From the NCBI RefSeq assembly GCF_963921235.1, contig NC_086101.1, positions 8,806,001-8,870,000 on the forward strand: 64,000 nucleotides of DNA, read 5' to 3'. This DNA is from Mobula hypostoma (lineage: Eukaryota). Positions 38,402-52,500 of the stretch are shown piece by piece; position 1 is the first letter of the stretch, and each line of letters starts with the position of its first letter. Both the position numbers and the translations under genes were made by a program. The notes below the pieces were generated by a model that was not told where the DNA came from, did no database searches, and saw nothing but the letters and a program-made list of their open reading frames with translations.

Positions 38402-39146
38402 TGTGACAATATCCTGAGATATTCATTATGAACTGTGCCTTTAAAAAGAGAGAGAGAGCGTGCAGCTGATTCAGAGAGAGAGAGGCACCGAGCAGCTCAT
38501 GTGTCGCTATGGTGATAGAAGGGAGGAGATACATGATGGACAGCCGGTGTTCGGCACAACCGTATTTAAACCAGCGTGGTCGCTTGTTTCGCGGGACAGG
38601 CAGACGCACTAAGGTGTGGCGAAATTACCACTACACTTTCACGTGACCACGAGTGTGGGACTGAGGATCAATTAAGAGGAATTGATCTGTGATTATTAGT
38701 CCGTGAAAGAGTGACCCTGTGGAGTTTACCAGTGTGTCTAACCTTTGTCTGGGCTGGTAGATTATCACTCAAAGACGGCGCTCTTAAATTGGTCAAGTTT
38801 GGCTAACTTGGAAGTTTCGGAGGGCAACGGGAAGAATCGGGATTACGTGGACAACAAACCACCTCCCTCTCTCCTCAGTTCTACTCAACTCAATAACACG
38901 AACTGAACCGACTTCGTTTACCTACCATCATAAAACTGTATCAATTACCACCTGAGCTTGAAGAAATTTGGGTTTATTTTTCCACACATATGTATGCATA
39001 AACTCTGCTAACCTGTTCGACTTATCTAATTTTATATTACTCTATTGCGTAGTTACTACTAAAAATAGTGTTAGTAAACAGCAAAACCGGACTCCAGGTG
39101 AGTTCCATTTCTGCTGGTTCCTTAACTCGTTGCGCGCTACGTAACA
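38402..39146 (+). mobile_element. Solo LTR (~745 bp) inserted in an old CR1 3' end
   Basis: TGTGAC...GTAACA termini, imperfect 4-bp TSD TACA/CACA; CR1-like sequence resumes on the right. Confidence 0.7.
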
Positions 39147-39189
39147 CACACCATTGGAAAGACATTTAGACAAATGTCTGCACATGAAA

Positions 39190-41845
39190 CATAAGACAAT
39201 AAGACCATAAGATATTGGGGTAAGTAGGCCATTCAGCCCATCGTGTCTTCTCCGCCATTCAATCATGGGCCGATCCAATTTTTACAGTCATCCCCACTCC
39301 CCTGCTTTCATCCCCTACCCTTTGATGCCCTGGCTAATGAAGAACCTGTCTCTCTCTGCCTAAAATGCACCCAATGATTTGGCCTCCACAGCCGCTCATG
39401 ACAACAAATTCCACAGATTTACCACCCTCTGACTAAAGTAATTTCTCTGCATCTAAGTTCTAAAAGGACGTCTTTCAATCCTGAAGTCGGGCCTTCTTGT
39501 CCTAGAATCCCCTACCATGGGAAATAACTTTGCCATATCTAATCTTTTCAGGCCTTTTAACATTTGGAATGTTTATATGAGATACATAATCATTTTCATA
39601 GTGATAGACATATTTTATTGATCCCGGTGGAAATTGGTTTTCGTTACAGTTGCACCATAAATAATAAATAGTAATGGAACCATAAATAGTTAAACAGTAA
39701 TATGCAAATTATGCCAGTAAATTATGAAATAAGTCCAGGACCAGCCTATTGGCTCAGGGTGTCTGACCCTCCAAGGGAGGAATTGTAAAGCTTGATGGCC
39801 ACAGGCAGGAATGACTTCGTATGATGCTCTGTGCTGCATCTCGGTGGAATGAGTCTCTGGCTGAATGTACTCCTGTGCCCAACCAGTACATTATGTAGTG
39901 GATGGGAGACATTGACCAAGATGGCATGCAACTTAGACAGCATCCTCTTTTCAGACACCACCGTCAGAGAGTCCAGTTCCATCCCCACAACATCACTGGC
40001 CTTACGAATGAGTTTGTTGATTCTGTTGGTGTCTGCTACCCTCAGCCTGCTGCCCCAGCACACAACAGCAAACATGATCGCACTGGCCACCACAGACTCG
40101 TAGAACATCCTCAGCATCGTCCGGCAGATGTTAAAGGACCTCAGTCTCCTTAGGAAATAGAGACAGCTCTGACCCTTCTTGTAGACAGCCTCAGTGTTCT
40201 TTGACCAGTCCAGTTTATTGTCCATTCGTATCCCCAGGTGTTTGTAATCCTCCACCATGTCCACACTGACACCCTGGATGGAAACAGGGATCACCGGTAC
40301 CTTAGCTCTCCTCAGGTCTACCACCAGCTCATACCCCGCTGATTCTCCTGAACTCCAGGGAATACAGCTCAGGAGCTGTCAGCTGTTCCTCATACGGTAA
40401 CCCTTTCATTCCTTGAATCGTTCTCATGAATCTTCTCTGGACTCTTTCCAATGTCAGTATATCTTTTCTAAAATAAGGAGCCCAAAACTGCACACAATAC
40501 TCCTAAGTGTGGTCTCACGAGTGCCTTATAGAGCCTCAACATCGCATCCCTGCTCTCATATTCTATACCTCTAGAAATGAATGCCAACAATGTATTTGCC
40601 TTCTTCAGAACCAACTCAACCTGGAGGCTAAACTTCAGGGTATCCTGCACAAGGAACCCCAAGTTCCTTTGCATCTCTACATTTTGAATTCTCTTCCCAT
40701 CTAAATAATAATCTGCCCATTTACTTCTTCCACCAAAGTGCACGACCATGCAATTTCTAACATCGTATTTCATTTGCCACCTCTTTGCCCATTCCCCTAA
40801 ACTATCTCAGTCTCTCTGCAGGCTCTCTGTTTCCTCAACACTACCTGCTCCTCCACCTATCTTTATATAATAGGCAAATTTAGCCACAAATCCATTAATA
40901 TCGTAGACTACATCATTGACACACATCGTAAGAGCAGCGGCCCGAACACCTACCTCTGTGGAACCCCACTAGTAACCGGCAGCCAGCCAGAATAGGATCC
41001 CTTGATCGCCATTCTGTTTTCTGCCGACCAGCCAATGCTGCACCCACGCTAGTAACTTCCATGTAATTCCATGGGCTCTTACGTTGCTAGCAGCCTCATT
41101 TGCGGCACTTTGTCAAAAGCCTTTTGAAAATCCCAGTACTCCACGACGACTGCATTTCCTTTGTCCACCCTGCTTCTAATTTCCTCAAAGAATTGCAGTA
41201 GGTTTGTCAGGCAGGATTTTCCTTTCAGGATACCATGCTGCATTGGCCTATCTTGTCATGTGCCTCCAGGTACTCCGTAATCTCAGCCCTAACAATCAAT
41301 TCCAACAGATTCCCAACCACTGACATCAGGCTAACAGGTCTATAGATTCCTTTCTGCTGCCTTCCACCCTTCTTAAATAGTGGAATAGCATTTGCAATTT
41401 TCCAATCATCTGGTACAATGCCAGAATCTATCGATTCTTGAAAGATCATCGTTAATGCCACCGCAATCTATCCAGGTAATTCCTTCAGAAACCGAGGCTG
41501 CATTCCATCGGGTCCAGGAGATTTATCCACCCTCAGACCATTAGGCTTCCTGAGCACCTTCTCAATCATAACTTGCACTGCAAAACTTCACTTCCCTGAC
41601 ACTCTTGAATGTCCTGTACGCTGCAGATATCTTCCACTGTTGGGAATAATGCAAAATACGCATTCAGTTCCTCTGCCATCTCTGCATCTCTCATTACAAT
41701 ATCTCCAGCGTCATTTTGTATTGGTCCTATAACTACCCTCGACGCTCTTTTACCATTTATATACTTTAAAAAGCTTTTCGTATCTTCTTTGATATTCGTC
41801 GCCAGCTTCCTCTCATAATTCATCTTTTTATTCAGAATGACCTTC
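39190..41845 (-). mobile_element. Decayed CR1 interrupted by a Rex1/Babar fragment
   Basis: Tail (CTTATGG/CTTATTG) at ~39190; RT motifs in ORFs 40468-40773, 41225-41461 and 41566-41823. Confidence 0.85.
39590..40330 (-). mobile_element. Rex1/Babar-type LINE 3' fragment
   Basis: 192-aa ORF: MVDLRR..YKHLG..LDWSKNT..LYFLRRLRSF..SFLPVAIKLYN; AATAAA near the end. Confidence 0.85.
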
Positions 41846-42005
41846 TTAGTTGAGGGTTAATATCTTCACAGAGAGGGTAGTGAGTCCCTGGAATGAGCTG
41901 CCAGAGGAAGTGGTCGAGCTGGGAACCACTGCAACATTTACAGTGAGAGGAATTTGGATAGGTGCATGGAGGGAAAGGGCTTGGAGAGCTATGTGCCAAA
42001 CACCG

Positions 42006-42103
42006 GCATCTGGGTCTAGCGGGTAGGTAGTGTGGTCAGTACGGGCCAATGGGCTATCTGGGTCTAGCGGGTAGGTAGTGTGGTCCGTACGGGTCAATGG
42101 GCC
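42006..42103 (+). repeat. Two-copy ~50-bp tandem duplication in a CR1 3' UTR remnant
   Basis: ATCTGGGTCTAGCGGGTAGGTAGTGTGGTC..GTACGGG.CAATGGGC occurs twice. Confidence 0.85.
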
Positions 42104-43334
42104 GAGGGGCCCTTTAACCTGCTGCCTGGCTCAGACACTCAGTAACTGAGGACAGCTTGGTCTACACAATGTGATGTTTTAAAATCATCCATTTAAAACT
42201 CTGGGTGTCAGTGTGTTTTATGTAAATATTCTACATTCAATTAAGATAAAACAAAATGAATTTTGATCAAGAAATGTTAGGCAGCAATTAGCCTGTTGGC
42301 TTAATGATGCTGCGATTGAATCCAAAAATGACCTTATGGGGTCCTGCTGAGACATTCATGAAATTCACAACAGTTGTATGACAGTAATTCAGATCGTAGT
42401 ATTGGAATTTGAAATGTAAAATTCACAGCAACAGTTAGGATGGAAAAAAGTGTGTTGGCATTTATTGCAAGTGGATTTAAATATTCATTTCACTGAAATT
42501 ATATTAATCTATCAAATAATAAATCACAATTCTATTTATTTTGTGGTCTGATACGTACACAGATAACGATCTGGACGAGAATGTGGGTGACGTTGTTAGT
42601 AAGCTTAAAGATGACACCAAACCTGGTGATGTGGTGCACAGTGAAGAAGATCGACGAAAGTTAAAACGGGACCTCAGTCAACTGGGAGAGTGGGCTAAGG
42701 AAGGGCAGAGGGTATTCAAATCACACAAGTATGAAGTGATGCTTTTTGGGAAGTTATACCAAGGAAAGATATACATAGTGAATAGCAGGGCCCAGGAACT
42801 GTTGTAGAACAGAGATACACAAGGGAACAAATTGACAGTCCCCTCAGAGTGAAGATACAGGTAGACAAAGTGGTGAAGAAGGCACATGGCACCCTTATCT
42901 TCATCAGTCAGGGTATTGGTGTACAAGAGTTGGCATCTCATGTTAAAAGCAGACAAGACATTGGTGATAACACACTGAGAGTACTGTAGCAATTCTGGTT
43001 ACTCGGCTGAGAAAGGACGTCATTAAGCTGGAACGGGTTCAGAAAAAGTTTCACACCAGGGAGTGAAAATCAAAGGTCTTCACACTCCAGTGCCAGTGAT
43101 GGATTTTTTTCTGCCCCTCTCTCTATCTGCCTTCCAGTGTCTCTTTCACTCCATCTGTCACCCAGCCTCACCAAGATAAACTGGGACACACATCACTTCA
43201 ACAAGGGTTGTGTGGCCTATCCAGTGAGATTTTATTTTTGTTCTGTACGTGGCCCGACGTATGAAGCTCAAACTGTTACAATACCTGCCCGTTAATTTCA
43301 TGGCTGAGGGTGTGTTTTATATGTTTATGAGAAT

Positions 43335-43750
43335 ATACAAAACCTACAGCACAATACAGGCCCTTCGGCCCACAAAGCTCTGCCGAACATGTCCTTACCT
43401 TAGAACTACCTAGGCTTACCCATAGCCCTCTATATTTCTAAGCTCAATGTATCCATCCAGGAGTCTCTTAAAAGACCCTATTGTTTCCGCCTCCACTGCC
43501 GCCGCCAGCAGCTCATTCCACGCACTCACCACTCTCTGCGTAAAAAAACTAACCCGACGTCTCTTTCGTATCTACTTCCAAGCACCTTAAAACTATGCCC
43601 TCTTGTGCTAGCCATTTCAGCCCTGGGAAAAAAGCCTCTGTCTATCCACACGATCCTCTCATTATCTTGTACACCTCTATCAGGTCAACTTTCATCCTCC
43701 GTCACCACAAGGAGAAAAGGCCGAGTTCACTCAACTTATTCTTATATATG
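43335..43750 (-). mobile_element. CR1 3' fragment, same family as 1034-1438
   Basis: Shares AAAACCTACAGCACAATACA..GCCGAACATGTCC..AGCCATTTCAGCCCTGGGAAAAA. Confidence 0.85.
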
Positions 43751-46465
43751 GTTGACACTAGGCAATAGAGAGTGACAGTATACATGTTGGCTCGTGAAAC
43801 TCTGCCTTTCCTGTCCACCGTCTGCTGACATAAACACCCTCCCCTCCCCCCACACCCTGACACCGCAGCAGGATCACCTGAGGCTTCAGGGTGAGGAGTA
43901 CCAGGACCTCGTAGAATCACACCCAGCCGCAGACTATCTGTCTAACAGCAGACAAAACATGTTCTCCTTCTACATGTACAAACCACATCCTTAACAATTT
44001 ACAATAACTTCATCGAATTAGGTAGGGGTTGGTTGGGGTGGGGGGAGAATGTGGTCCCACAACAAAGGGGACGGTCTACACACAATATGTCTTGCAAAAT
44101 TTCCTCCTGCGCAACTCTCCCTTTCATCATTTCCCTGAAGTTCATCTATGACTAAGAGTTCAAACAGCAGAACCATGAGCAAAACAATTCTGAGTGATGT
44201 CCAAATGCACAGATCAGATTAGGTCACGTTCGCCCTCCATGGTGTTTCAATAGGACAGTGTCAAGTAGGTTCAGTTGTATCTAACCCTGAGCTCACTGTC
44301 CCGAGAGTGGTAGAATGAGTTTTACCTCATGCCCAACCTGTGCAATATTTGCCCTTGCACTGTGTAAGAGCGAACGTTGTCGAGGAATTGGAATTCTCTG
44401 CACAGCGAGGCAGTAAATGTTACTTTGTTTTTTTTTTGCATAGCAGGGGAATGAAAGATTATGGGAAATGACAGGTAGGTGTAGCTAAGTAGTGACTGAG
44501 TCGAGGACCAGAGGGCACAGTCTCAGAATAGAGGGATGTCCCTTTAAAACAGAGATAAGGAGGAATTTATTTAACAAGCAGGTGCTGAATCTGTGGAATT
44601 CATTGTCACAGACAGCTGTGGGGGCCAAGTCATTAGGTATATTTAAAGTAGAGATAGACAGATAGATTCTTGATTAGTTAGGGCATCAAAAGGTAAGGGG
44701 ATGAGACAGGAGAATGGGTTTGCGAGGGATAATAAATCAGCCATGATTTAATGACGAAGTATCTTCAGCGGGCCAGATGCCCGACTCCTGCTCCCATCTC
44801 TTATGTTCTTATCAACACTCACAACACACTGGAGGAACTCAGCAGGTCAGGCAGCATCCGTGGAAACGATGAGTCGACGTTTCAGGCTGGAACCCTTCGT
44901 TAGGACTGCAGAGGGAAGGGGCAGAGGCCCTATAATGAAGGTGGGGTGAGAGTGGGAAGGAGAAGGCTGGTAGGTTCCAGGTGAAAAACCAGCTTTGACC
45001 CCAGCATCTGCAGAGTATTTTGTCTCTTATGTTCTTATGTTTGTTCTCTCTGTCATCTGTGTTGACCCTGCTCTGGGAGTCTTTGATGGAGCATTGCAGG
45101 GGAAGTTTTCCACTGTGACCGACCTCTGTGCTATTTGTCCTGGAAGGTATGTTCAGCGGGGACTTTCCTCTTTCTAACCCTTACTGTCTCTGCCCTAGGA
45201 CGGTACAGAGGTAGATTTACTTTTTATCTTACCCAAGATGTAACTGTACTGGGACATGAGGACAGGACAGTGTAAAGAGCGTTTGCTGAGTTCCTGTCAA
45301 CATCAACGATGTTGAGGTTGAGGGGGTTGATAGCTCCAAGTTACTGGAATGGACATCAAAATAACCTTGTCCTGCTCCAACTACGTAGACCCCATGACTG
45401 TGAAAGTGAACCAGCGCCTCCACTTCCTCAGGAGGCTAAAGTAATTGGGCATTTCCCCTTTGGCCCTCATCAATTTTAAAGATGCACTTGTTTTGCCAGA
45501 AACTGCAGAAATTTGTGGAGACAGCTCAATACATCACAGAAACCAACCTTCTCTCATGGACTCTGTCCACACTTCTCACTGCCCTGGTAAAGCAGCCAAC
45601 GTAATTAAAGACTCCACCACCCAGCCCCAGACATTCTCTCTTCTCCCCCTCCCTTCAGGCAGTTGAAACAAGCATCTGAAAGCATGTACAACCAGGCGCA
45701 GGCATTCTCCTATCCCACTGATACAAAACTATCGAAATGTCCCCTGGTACATCAAGATGGACTGTTGATTTCATAAGCTACCTGATCATGGCCTTGCACC
45801 TTATTGTCTGCCTGCACTGCACTTTCTCTGTAACTGGAACAATGTTTTCTGCATTCTGTAACAGTCATACTACCTCAATGCTCTCTTTTAAGACCATAAG
45901 ACATGGAGCAGAATAAGACCATTCAGCCCATTGAGTCTGCTCTGCCATTCCATCATGGCTGATCCTGGAACCCACTCAACCCCATACACCTGCCTTCTTG
46001 CATATCCTTTAATGCCCTGACCAATGAGGAAATGATCAACTTTCGCCTTAAACATACACACGAACTTGGCCTCCATCACAATCTGTGGCAGAGCATTCCA
46101 CAGATTTACTCATCTCTGGCTAAAGAGAATCCTTCTTACCTCTGTTTTAAAGGGATGCCCCTCAATTCTGAGGCTGTGCCTTCCAGTGCTGGATGCCCCC
46201 TCCATAGGAAACATCCTGTCCACATCCACCCCATCTAGTTCTAAGTCCTGCTTCCTCAGCACTACCTACACCTCCGCCTATCTTCATATCATCCACAAAC
46301 TTTACCACAAAGCCATCGATTCCATCATTTAGATCACTGAGAAACAATGAGAAAAGCAGTGGTCTCAATACTGATCCCTGAGGAACACCACTAGTCACTG
46401 GAAGCCCACCAGAAAAGACCCATTTTATTTCCACTCACTGACTCCTGCCTGTCAGCTAGTCCACT

Positions 46466-48501
46466 TGTCATGGTCCGGTCTGTGAAGTCCGTATTCCGGT
46501 TCACGGTCCGGTCCATCGACCCTTGCTCCACGTTTTCCTGTCCACCCTGTTTCTGTTCTTGTTGAGCTCTAATTGAGGTAGCTGATGATCATTGGGGCTG
46601 GCTGCATAAATACCTTCAGAGACCAGGGCGTGGCTGCTGGATTGTTCTTGTCCTTACTACTTGTATCCCTTCCTCTGCCTTCTGTTTCCTCGCCTGAAGC
46701 CCTGCCTTGTCTTGCCGGTAACTCTCGCCTCGCCTGAAGTTCCCGTCTCGCCTTGCATTGCCTGAAGCCTTGCCTTGTCTTCCTCGTACCTCCCGCCTCA
46801 TCTCACCTGCAGCCTTGTCCTGGAGCCACCCTGTACCTCGCTCCCTTCCTGTCCCTTACCTCCGCCCAGGTAAGCCAGGCCGTCTTGCCGTTACCTGCGG
46901 TTAGTTCTGTCCCTTCCTGTCCCTTGCCCCCGTCGGGTAAGCCAGGCCGTCTTGCCGTTATCTGCAGATGGTTCTGTCCCTTCCTGTTCCATGCCTCCGT
47001 CGGGTGGTGATCCGCGCCCTGCCCAGGAGAACAGCGCCATGCCCAGGAGGAGCCTATCTAGCCTCAAGCCTGAAGATTCCAGCCTCTTGCCTAGCCTCAA
47101 GCCTGAAGACTCCAGCCTCCTGCTTCCTGCCAAGCCTCGCCTCTAGCCCCAAGCCTGAAGAATCCAGCCTCCTGCCTCCTGCCAAGCCTCGCCTCTAGCC
47201 TCAAGCCTGAAGACTCCAGCCTCCTGCCTCTTTCCAAGCCTCCCCTCCAGCTTCAAGCCTGAAGATTCTAGCCTCCTGCCTAGCCTCAAGCCTGAGGACT
47301 CCAGTCTCCTGCCTCCTGCAAAGCCTCGACTCTAGCCTCAAGCCAGAAGACTCCAGACTCCTGCCTCCTGCCAAGCCTCGACTCTAGCCTCAAGCCAGAA
47401 GACTCCAGCATCCTGCCTAGCCTCAAGCCTGAAGATTCCAGCCTCCGGCCTCCTGCCAAGCCTCGCCTCTAGCCTCAAGCCTGAGGAATCCAGCCTCCTG
47501 CCTCCTGCCAAGACTCGACTCTAGCCTCAAGCCAGAAGACTCCAGACTTCTGCCTCCTGCCAAGCCTCGCCTCTAGCCTCAAGCCTGAAGAGTCCAGCCT
47601 CGTCCTGCCTGCCTGTCAAGCCTCGTCCTTGCCTGGTTCTAGGGTCAGAGCCAGAGGCAAGACCCAGGTACTGGGTCTTTGTCCAGTCTCTGGCTCGGTA
47701 TCCAAGCCCGGGCTCCTAGCTATCTTATCCTGTCCTGTTCCGGGTTCCCGGTTTTCGTGACCATGTCCTTGCTCTCACCCTGTATCCCAGCCCTGTCCCT
47801 AGTACTTCAGTGTCTCTGTCTTGCACTTGCGTCCGTTCCCAGCCACCTTCCTTATGACAGAACGATCCAGCCACCCATGGACCCAGCGACACAGACACTG
47901 TTATTTTCCTCTTGCCACCCGGGGTTCCTTTCTGTTAAATTCCATCCCATCCACCCGGATCGTCCATAGTCTGAATACCCTGTTTGGTCGCCAAGAGACT
48001 CCCGTAGAAGGGGAGGGGTACTGTCATGTTCCGGTCCGTGAAGTCCATATTCCGGTTCATGGTCCCGTCCATCGACCCTTGCTGCCAAGCCTCGACTCTA
48101 GCCTCAAGCTTGAGGACTCCAGCCTCCTACCTCCTGCGAAGCCTCGACTCTAGCCTCAAGCCAAAAGACTCCAGACTCTTGCCTCCTGCCAAGCCTCACC
48201 TCTAGCCTCAAGCCTCAAGCCTGAAGACTCCAGCCTCCTGCCTCCTGCCAAGCCTCACCTTTAGCATCAAGCCTGAAGTCTCCTACCTCGTCCTGCCTGC
48301 CTGCCAAGCCTCGTCCTTGCCTGGTTCTGGGGTCCGAGCCAGAGGCAAGACCCAGGTACTGGGTCCTTCTCCAGTCCTGTTCCGGTTTTCCTGTTTTCGT
48401 GTCCATGACCTTGCTCTCACCCTGTATCCTGGCCCTGTCCCTGGTACTTCAGCGTCTGTATCTTCTACTTGGGTCCGTTCCCAGCCACCTTCCTTATGAT
48501 A
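46466..48501 (+). mobile_element. Non-autonomous LTR retrotransposon (chromovirus/sushi-like deletion derivative)
   Basis: 5-bp TSD CCACT on both sides; 5' LTR 46466-47859 (TGTCA..TGACA); 162-bp internal region with ATGGACCCAGCG (MDPA), FHPIHPDRP and PPT AGAAGGGGAGGGG; internally deleted 3' LTR 48022-48501. Confidence 0.92.
47057..47625 (+). repeat. Minisatellite inside the LTR (52-bp and 33-bp related units, about a dozen)
   Basis: Unit TCTAGCCTCAAGCCTGAAGACTCCAGCCTCCTGCC(TCCTGCCAAGCCTCGCC); also present at 48081-48310. Confidence 0.92.
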
Positions 48502-49594
48502 CCACTATCCAACTTAGTATGTTTCCTGTAACGCAATACGGTTTTATCTTGTTCAACAGCCTCATGTGTGGCACCTTATCAAATGCCTTCTGAAAATCCA
48601 AGTAAATGCCTCTCCATTGTTCACCCTGCTTGTTACTTCCTCGAGGAACTCTAACAGATTTGTCAGGCAAGATTTCCCTTTACATGCTGACTTTGACTTA
48701 TTTTATCGTTAGTCTCCAAGTACCTTGAAACCTTATCAACACTTTTTCAATCTTTGGGATTAGACTAAATGGCCTATAATTTCCTTTATTTGCCTTCCTC
48801 CCTTCTTAAAGAGTGGAGTGACATTTGCAATCCTCCATACTTCTGGGACCATGCTGGAATCAAGTGATTATTCAAAGACCATGACCAATGCATCCGTTAC
48901 CTCTTCTGCAACCTCTCTCAGGACTCCAGAATGTAGTCCATCTGGCCCAGGTGACTTATCCACCTTAAGAGCTTTGAATTTACCGAACACTTTTTTCTTT
49001 GTAATAGCAATGGCACTCACTCCTGCATCTGACACTCATGGACCTCTGGCGCACTGCTAGTCTTCCACAGTGAAGACAGATGCAAAGTACCCATTAAGTT
49101 TATCTGTCATTTCTTTGTCCCCCATTACTACCTCACCAGTATCATTTTCCAGTGGTCCAATATCAACTCTCACCTCCCTTTTACTCTTTATATAACTGAA
49201 AAAAAAAACTTTTGGTATCCTGCTTTATAATATTGGCGAGTCTGCCTTCATATTTCATCTTTTCCCTTCTTATAGCTTTTTATTTATCTTTTGTTGGATT
49301 TTGCAAGTTTCCCTATCATCCAACTTCCCATTCATTTTTGCTACCTTATATGCCCTTTCTGTATAGTGGGGGGTTGTCAGAAGTAGGTTTTTTTTTACAC
49401 CGAGAGTGGCTGGTGGGTGCATGGTATACTCTGTAAGGGTGGTGATAGAAGGAAATTTATTTGGGGCATTTAAGATATTCAGAGGCACATTGACAAACAA
49501 AAAATGGAGAGCTACGTGGAAGAGAAGGGTTAGATTGATCTTAGAGCAGATTAAAAGGTCAGCACAATGTCATTGGCCAAAGCACCTATACTAA

Positions 49595-52500
49595 AAACAT
49601 AGAAACATAGAAAATAGGTGCAGGAGTAGGCCCTTCGGCCCTTCGAGCCTGCACCGCCATTCAATATGATCATGGCTGATCATCCAACTCAAAACCTTGT
49701 ACCAGCCTTCCCTCCGTGCCCCTGATCCCTTTAGCCACAAGGGACATTATCTAACTCACTCTTAAATATAGCCAATGAACTGGCCTCAACTGTTTCCTGT
49801 GGCAGAGAATTCCACAGACTCACCATTCTCTGTGTGAAGAAGTTTTTCCTCATCTCGGTCCTAAAAGGCTTCCCCTTTATCCTTAAACTGTGACCCCTCG
49901 TTCTGGACTTCCCCAACACCGGGAACAATCTTCCTGCATCTAGCCTGTCCAATCCCTTAAGGATCTTATACGTTTCAATCAGATCCCCCCTCAATCTTCT
50001 CAATTCCAACGAGTACAAGCCCAGTTCATCCAGTCTTTCTTCAATGAAAGTCCTGCCATCCCAGGAATCAATCTGGTGAACCTTCTTTGTACTCCCTCTA
50101 TGGCAAGGATGTCTTTCCTCAGATTAGGGGACCAAAACTGCACGCAATACTCCAGGTGTGGTCTCACCAAGGCCTTGTACAACTGCAGTAGTACCTCCCT
50201 GCTCCTGTACTCGAATCCTCTCGCTATAAATGCCAGCATACCATTCGCCTTTTTCACCACCTGCTGTACCTGCATGCCCACTTTCAATGACTGGTGTATA
50301 ATGACACCCAGGTCTCGTTGCACCTCCCCTTTTCCTAATCGGCCACCATTCAGATAATAATCTGTTTTCCTATTTTTGCCACCAAAGTGGATAACTTCAC
50401 ATTTATCCACATTAAATTGCATCTGCCATGAATTTGCCCACTCACCCAACCTATCCAAGTCACCCTGCATCCTCTTAGCATCCTCCTCACAGCTAACACT
50501 GCCACCCAGGTTCGTGTCATCCGCAAACTTGGAGATGGTGCATTTAATTCCCTCATCCAAGTCATTAATATATATTGTAAACAACTGGGGTCCCAGCACT
50601 GAGCCTTGCGGTACCCCACTAGTCACCGCCTGCTATTCTGAAAACGTCCCGTTTATTCCCACTCTTTGCTTCCTGTCTGCTAACCAATTCTCCACCCACA
50701 CCAATACCTTACCCCCAATACCGTGTGCTTTAAGTTTGCACACTAATCTCTTGTGTGGGACCTTGTCAAAAGCCTTTTGAAAATCCAAATATACCACATC
50801 CACTGGTTCTCCCCTATCCACTCTACTAGTTACATCCTCAAAAAATTCTATGAGATTCGTCAGACATGATTTTCCTTTCACAAATCCATGCTGACTTTGT
50901 CCGATCATTTCACCGCTATCCAAATGTGCTGTTATCACATCCTTGATAACTGACTCCAGCAGTTTCCCCACCACCGACGTTAGGCTAACCGGTCTATAAT
51001 TCCCAGGTTTCTCTCTCCCTCCTTTTTAAAAAGTGGAGTTACATTAGCCACCCTCCAATCCTCAGGAACTAGTCCAGAATCTAACGAGTTTTGAAAAATT
51101 ATCACTAATGCATCCACTATTTCTTGGGCTACTTCTTTAAGCACTCTAGGATGCAGACCATCTGGCCCTGGGGATTTATCTGCCTTCAATCCGTTCAATT
51201 TACCTAACACCACTTCCCTACTAACATGTATTTCACTCAGTTCCTCCATCTCACTGGACCCTCTGTCCCCTACTATTTCTGCAAGATTATTTATGTCCTC
51301 CTTAGTGAAGACAGAACCAAAGTAATTATTCAATTGGTCTGCCATGTCCTTGCTCCCCATAATCAATTCACCTGTTTCTGTCTGCAGGGGACCTACATTT
51401 GTCTTTACCAGTCATTTCCTTTTCACATATCTATAAAAGCTTTTACAGTCCGTTTTTATGTTCCCTGCCAGTTTTCTCTGATAATCTTTTTTCCCCTTCC
51501 TAATTAAGCCCTTCGTCCTCCTCTGCTGAACTCTGAATTTCTCCCAGTCCTCAGGTTAGCCACTTTCTCTGGCTAATTTGTATGCTTCTTCTTTGGAATT
51601 GATACTATACCTAATTTCTCTTGTCAGCCACGGGTGCACTACCTTCCTTGATTTATTCTTTTGCCAAACTGGGATGAACAATTGTTGTAGTTCATCCATG
51701 CAACCTTTAAATGCTTGCCATTGCATATCCACCGTCAATCCTTTAAGTGTCATTTGCCAGTCTATCTTAGCTAATTCACGTCTCATACCTTCAAAGTTAC
51801 CCCTCTTTAAGTTCAGAACCTTTGTTTCTGAATTAACTATGTCACTCTCCATCTTAATGAAGAATTCCACCATATTATGGTCACTCTTACCCAAGGGGCC
51901 TCTCACGACAAGATCGCTAATTAACCCTTCCTCATTGCTCAAAACCCAGTCCAGAATAGCCTGCTCTCTAGTCGGTTCCTCGACATGTTGGTTCAAAAAA
52001 CCATCCCGCATACATTCCAAGAAATCCTCTTCCTCAGCACCTTTACCAATTTGGTTCACCCAATCTACATGTAGATTGAAGTCACCCATTATAACTGCTG
52101 TTCCTTTATTGCACACATTTCTAATTTCCTGTTTAATACCATCTCCGACCTCACTACTACTGTTAGGTGGCCTGTACACAACTCCCACCAGCGTCTTCTG
52201 CCCCTTAGTGTTACGCAGCTCTACCCATATCGATTCCACATCTTCCCGGCTTATGTCCTTCCTTTCTATTGCGTTAATCTCTCCTTTAACCAGCAACGCC
52301 ACCCCACCTCCCCTTCCTTCATGTCTATCCCTCCTGAATATTGAATATCCCTGAACGTTGAGCTCCCATCCCTGGTCACTCTGGAGCCATGTCTCTGTGA
52401 TCCCAACTATATCATAATCATTAATAACAATCTGCACTTTCAATTCATCCACCTTATTACGAATGCTCCTTGCATTGACACACAAAGCCTTCAGGCGCTC

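Larger units (their letters stand above)
45890..49370 (-). mobile_element. Decayed CR1 hosting the miniature LTR element
   Basis: GVPQGSVL..KFVDD in 46162-46434; RT sequence continues after 48506. Confidence 0.8.

Noticed and set aside
47057..47625. Regularly spaced repeats resembling a CRISPR array
   Set aside because: There are no unique spacers and no cas genes; it is a minisatellite inside an LTR in eukaryotic DNA.
51578..52354. 258-aa plus-strand ORF and similar Ser/Leu-rich ORFs opposite RT genes
   Set aside because: These are antisense shadows of LINE/LTR coding sequence with no recognisable domain.
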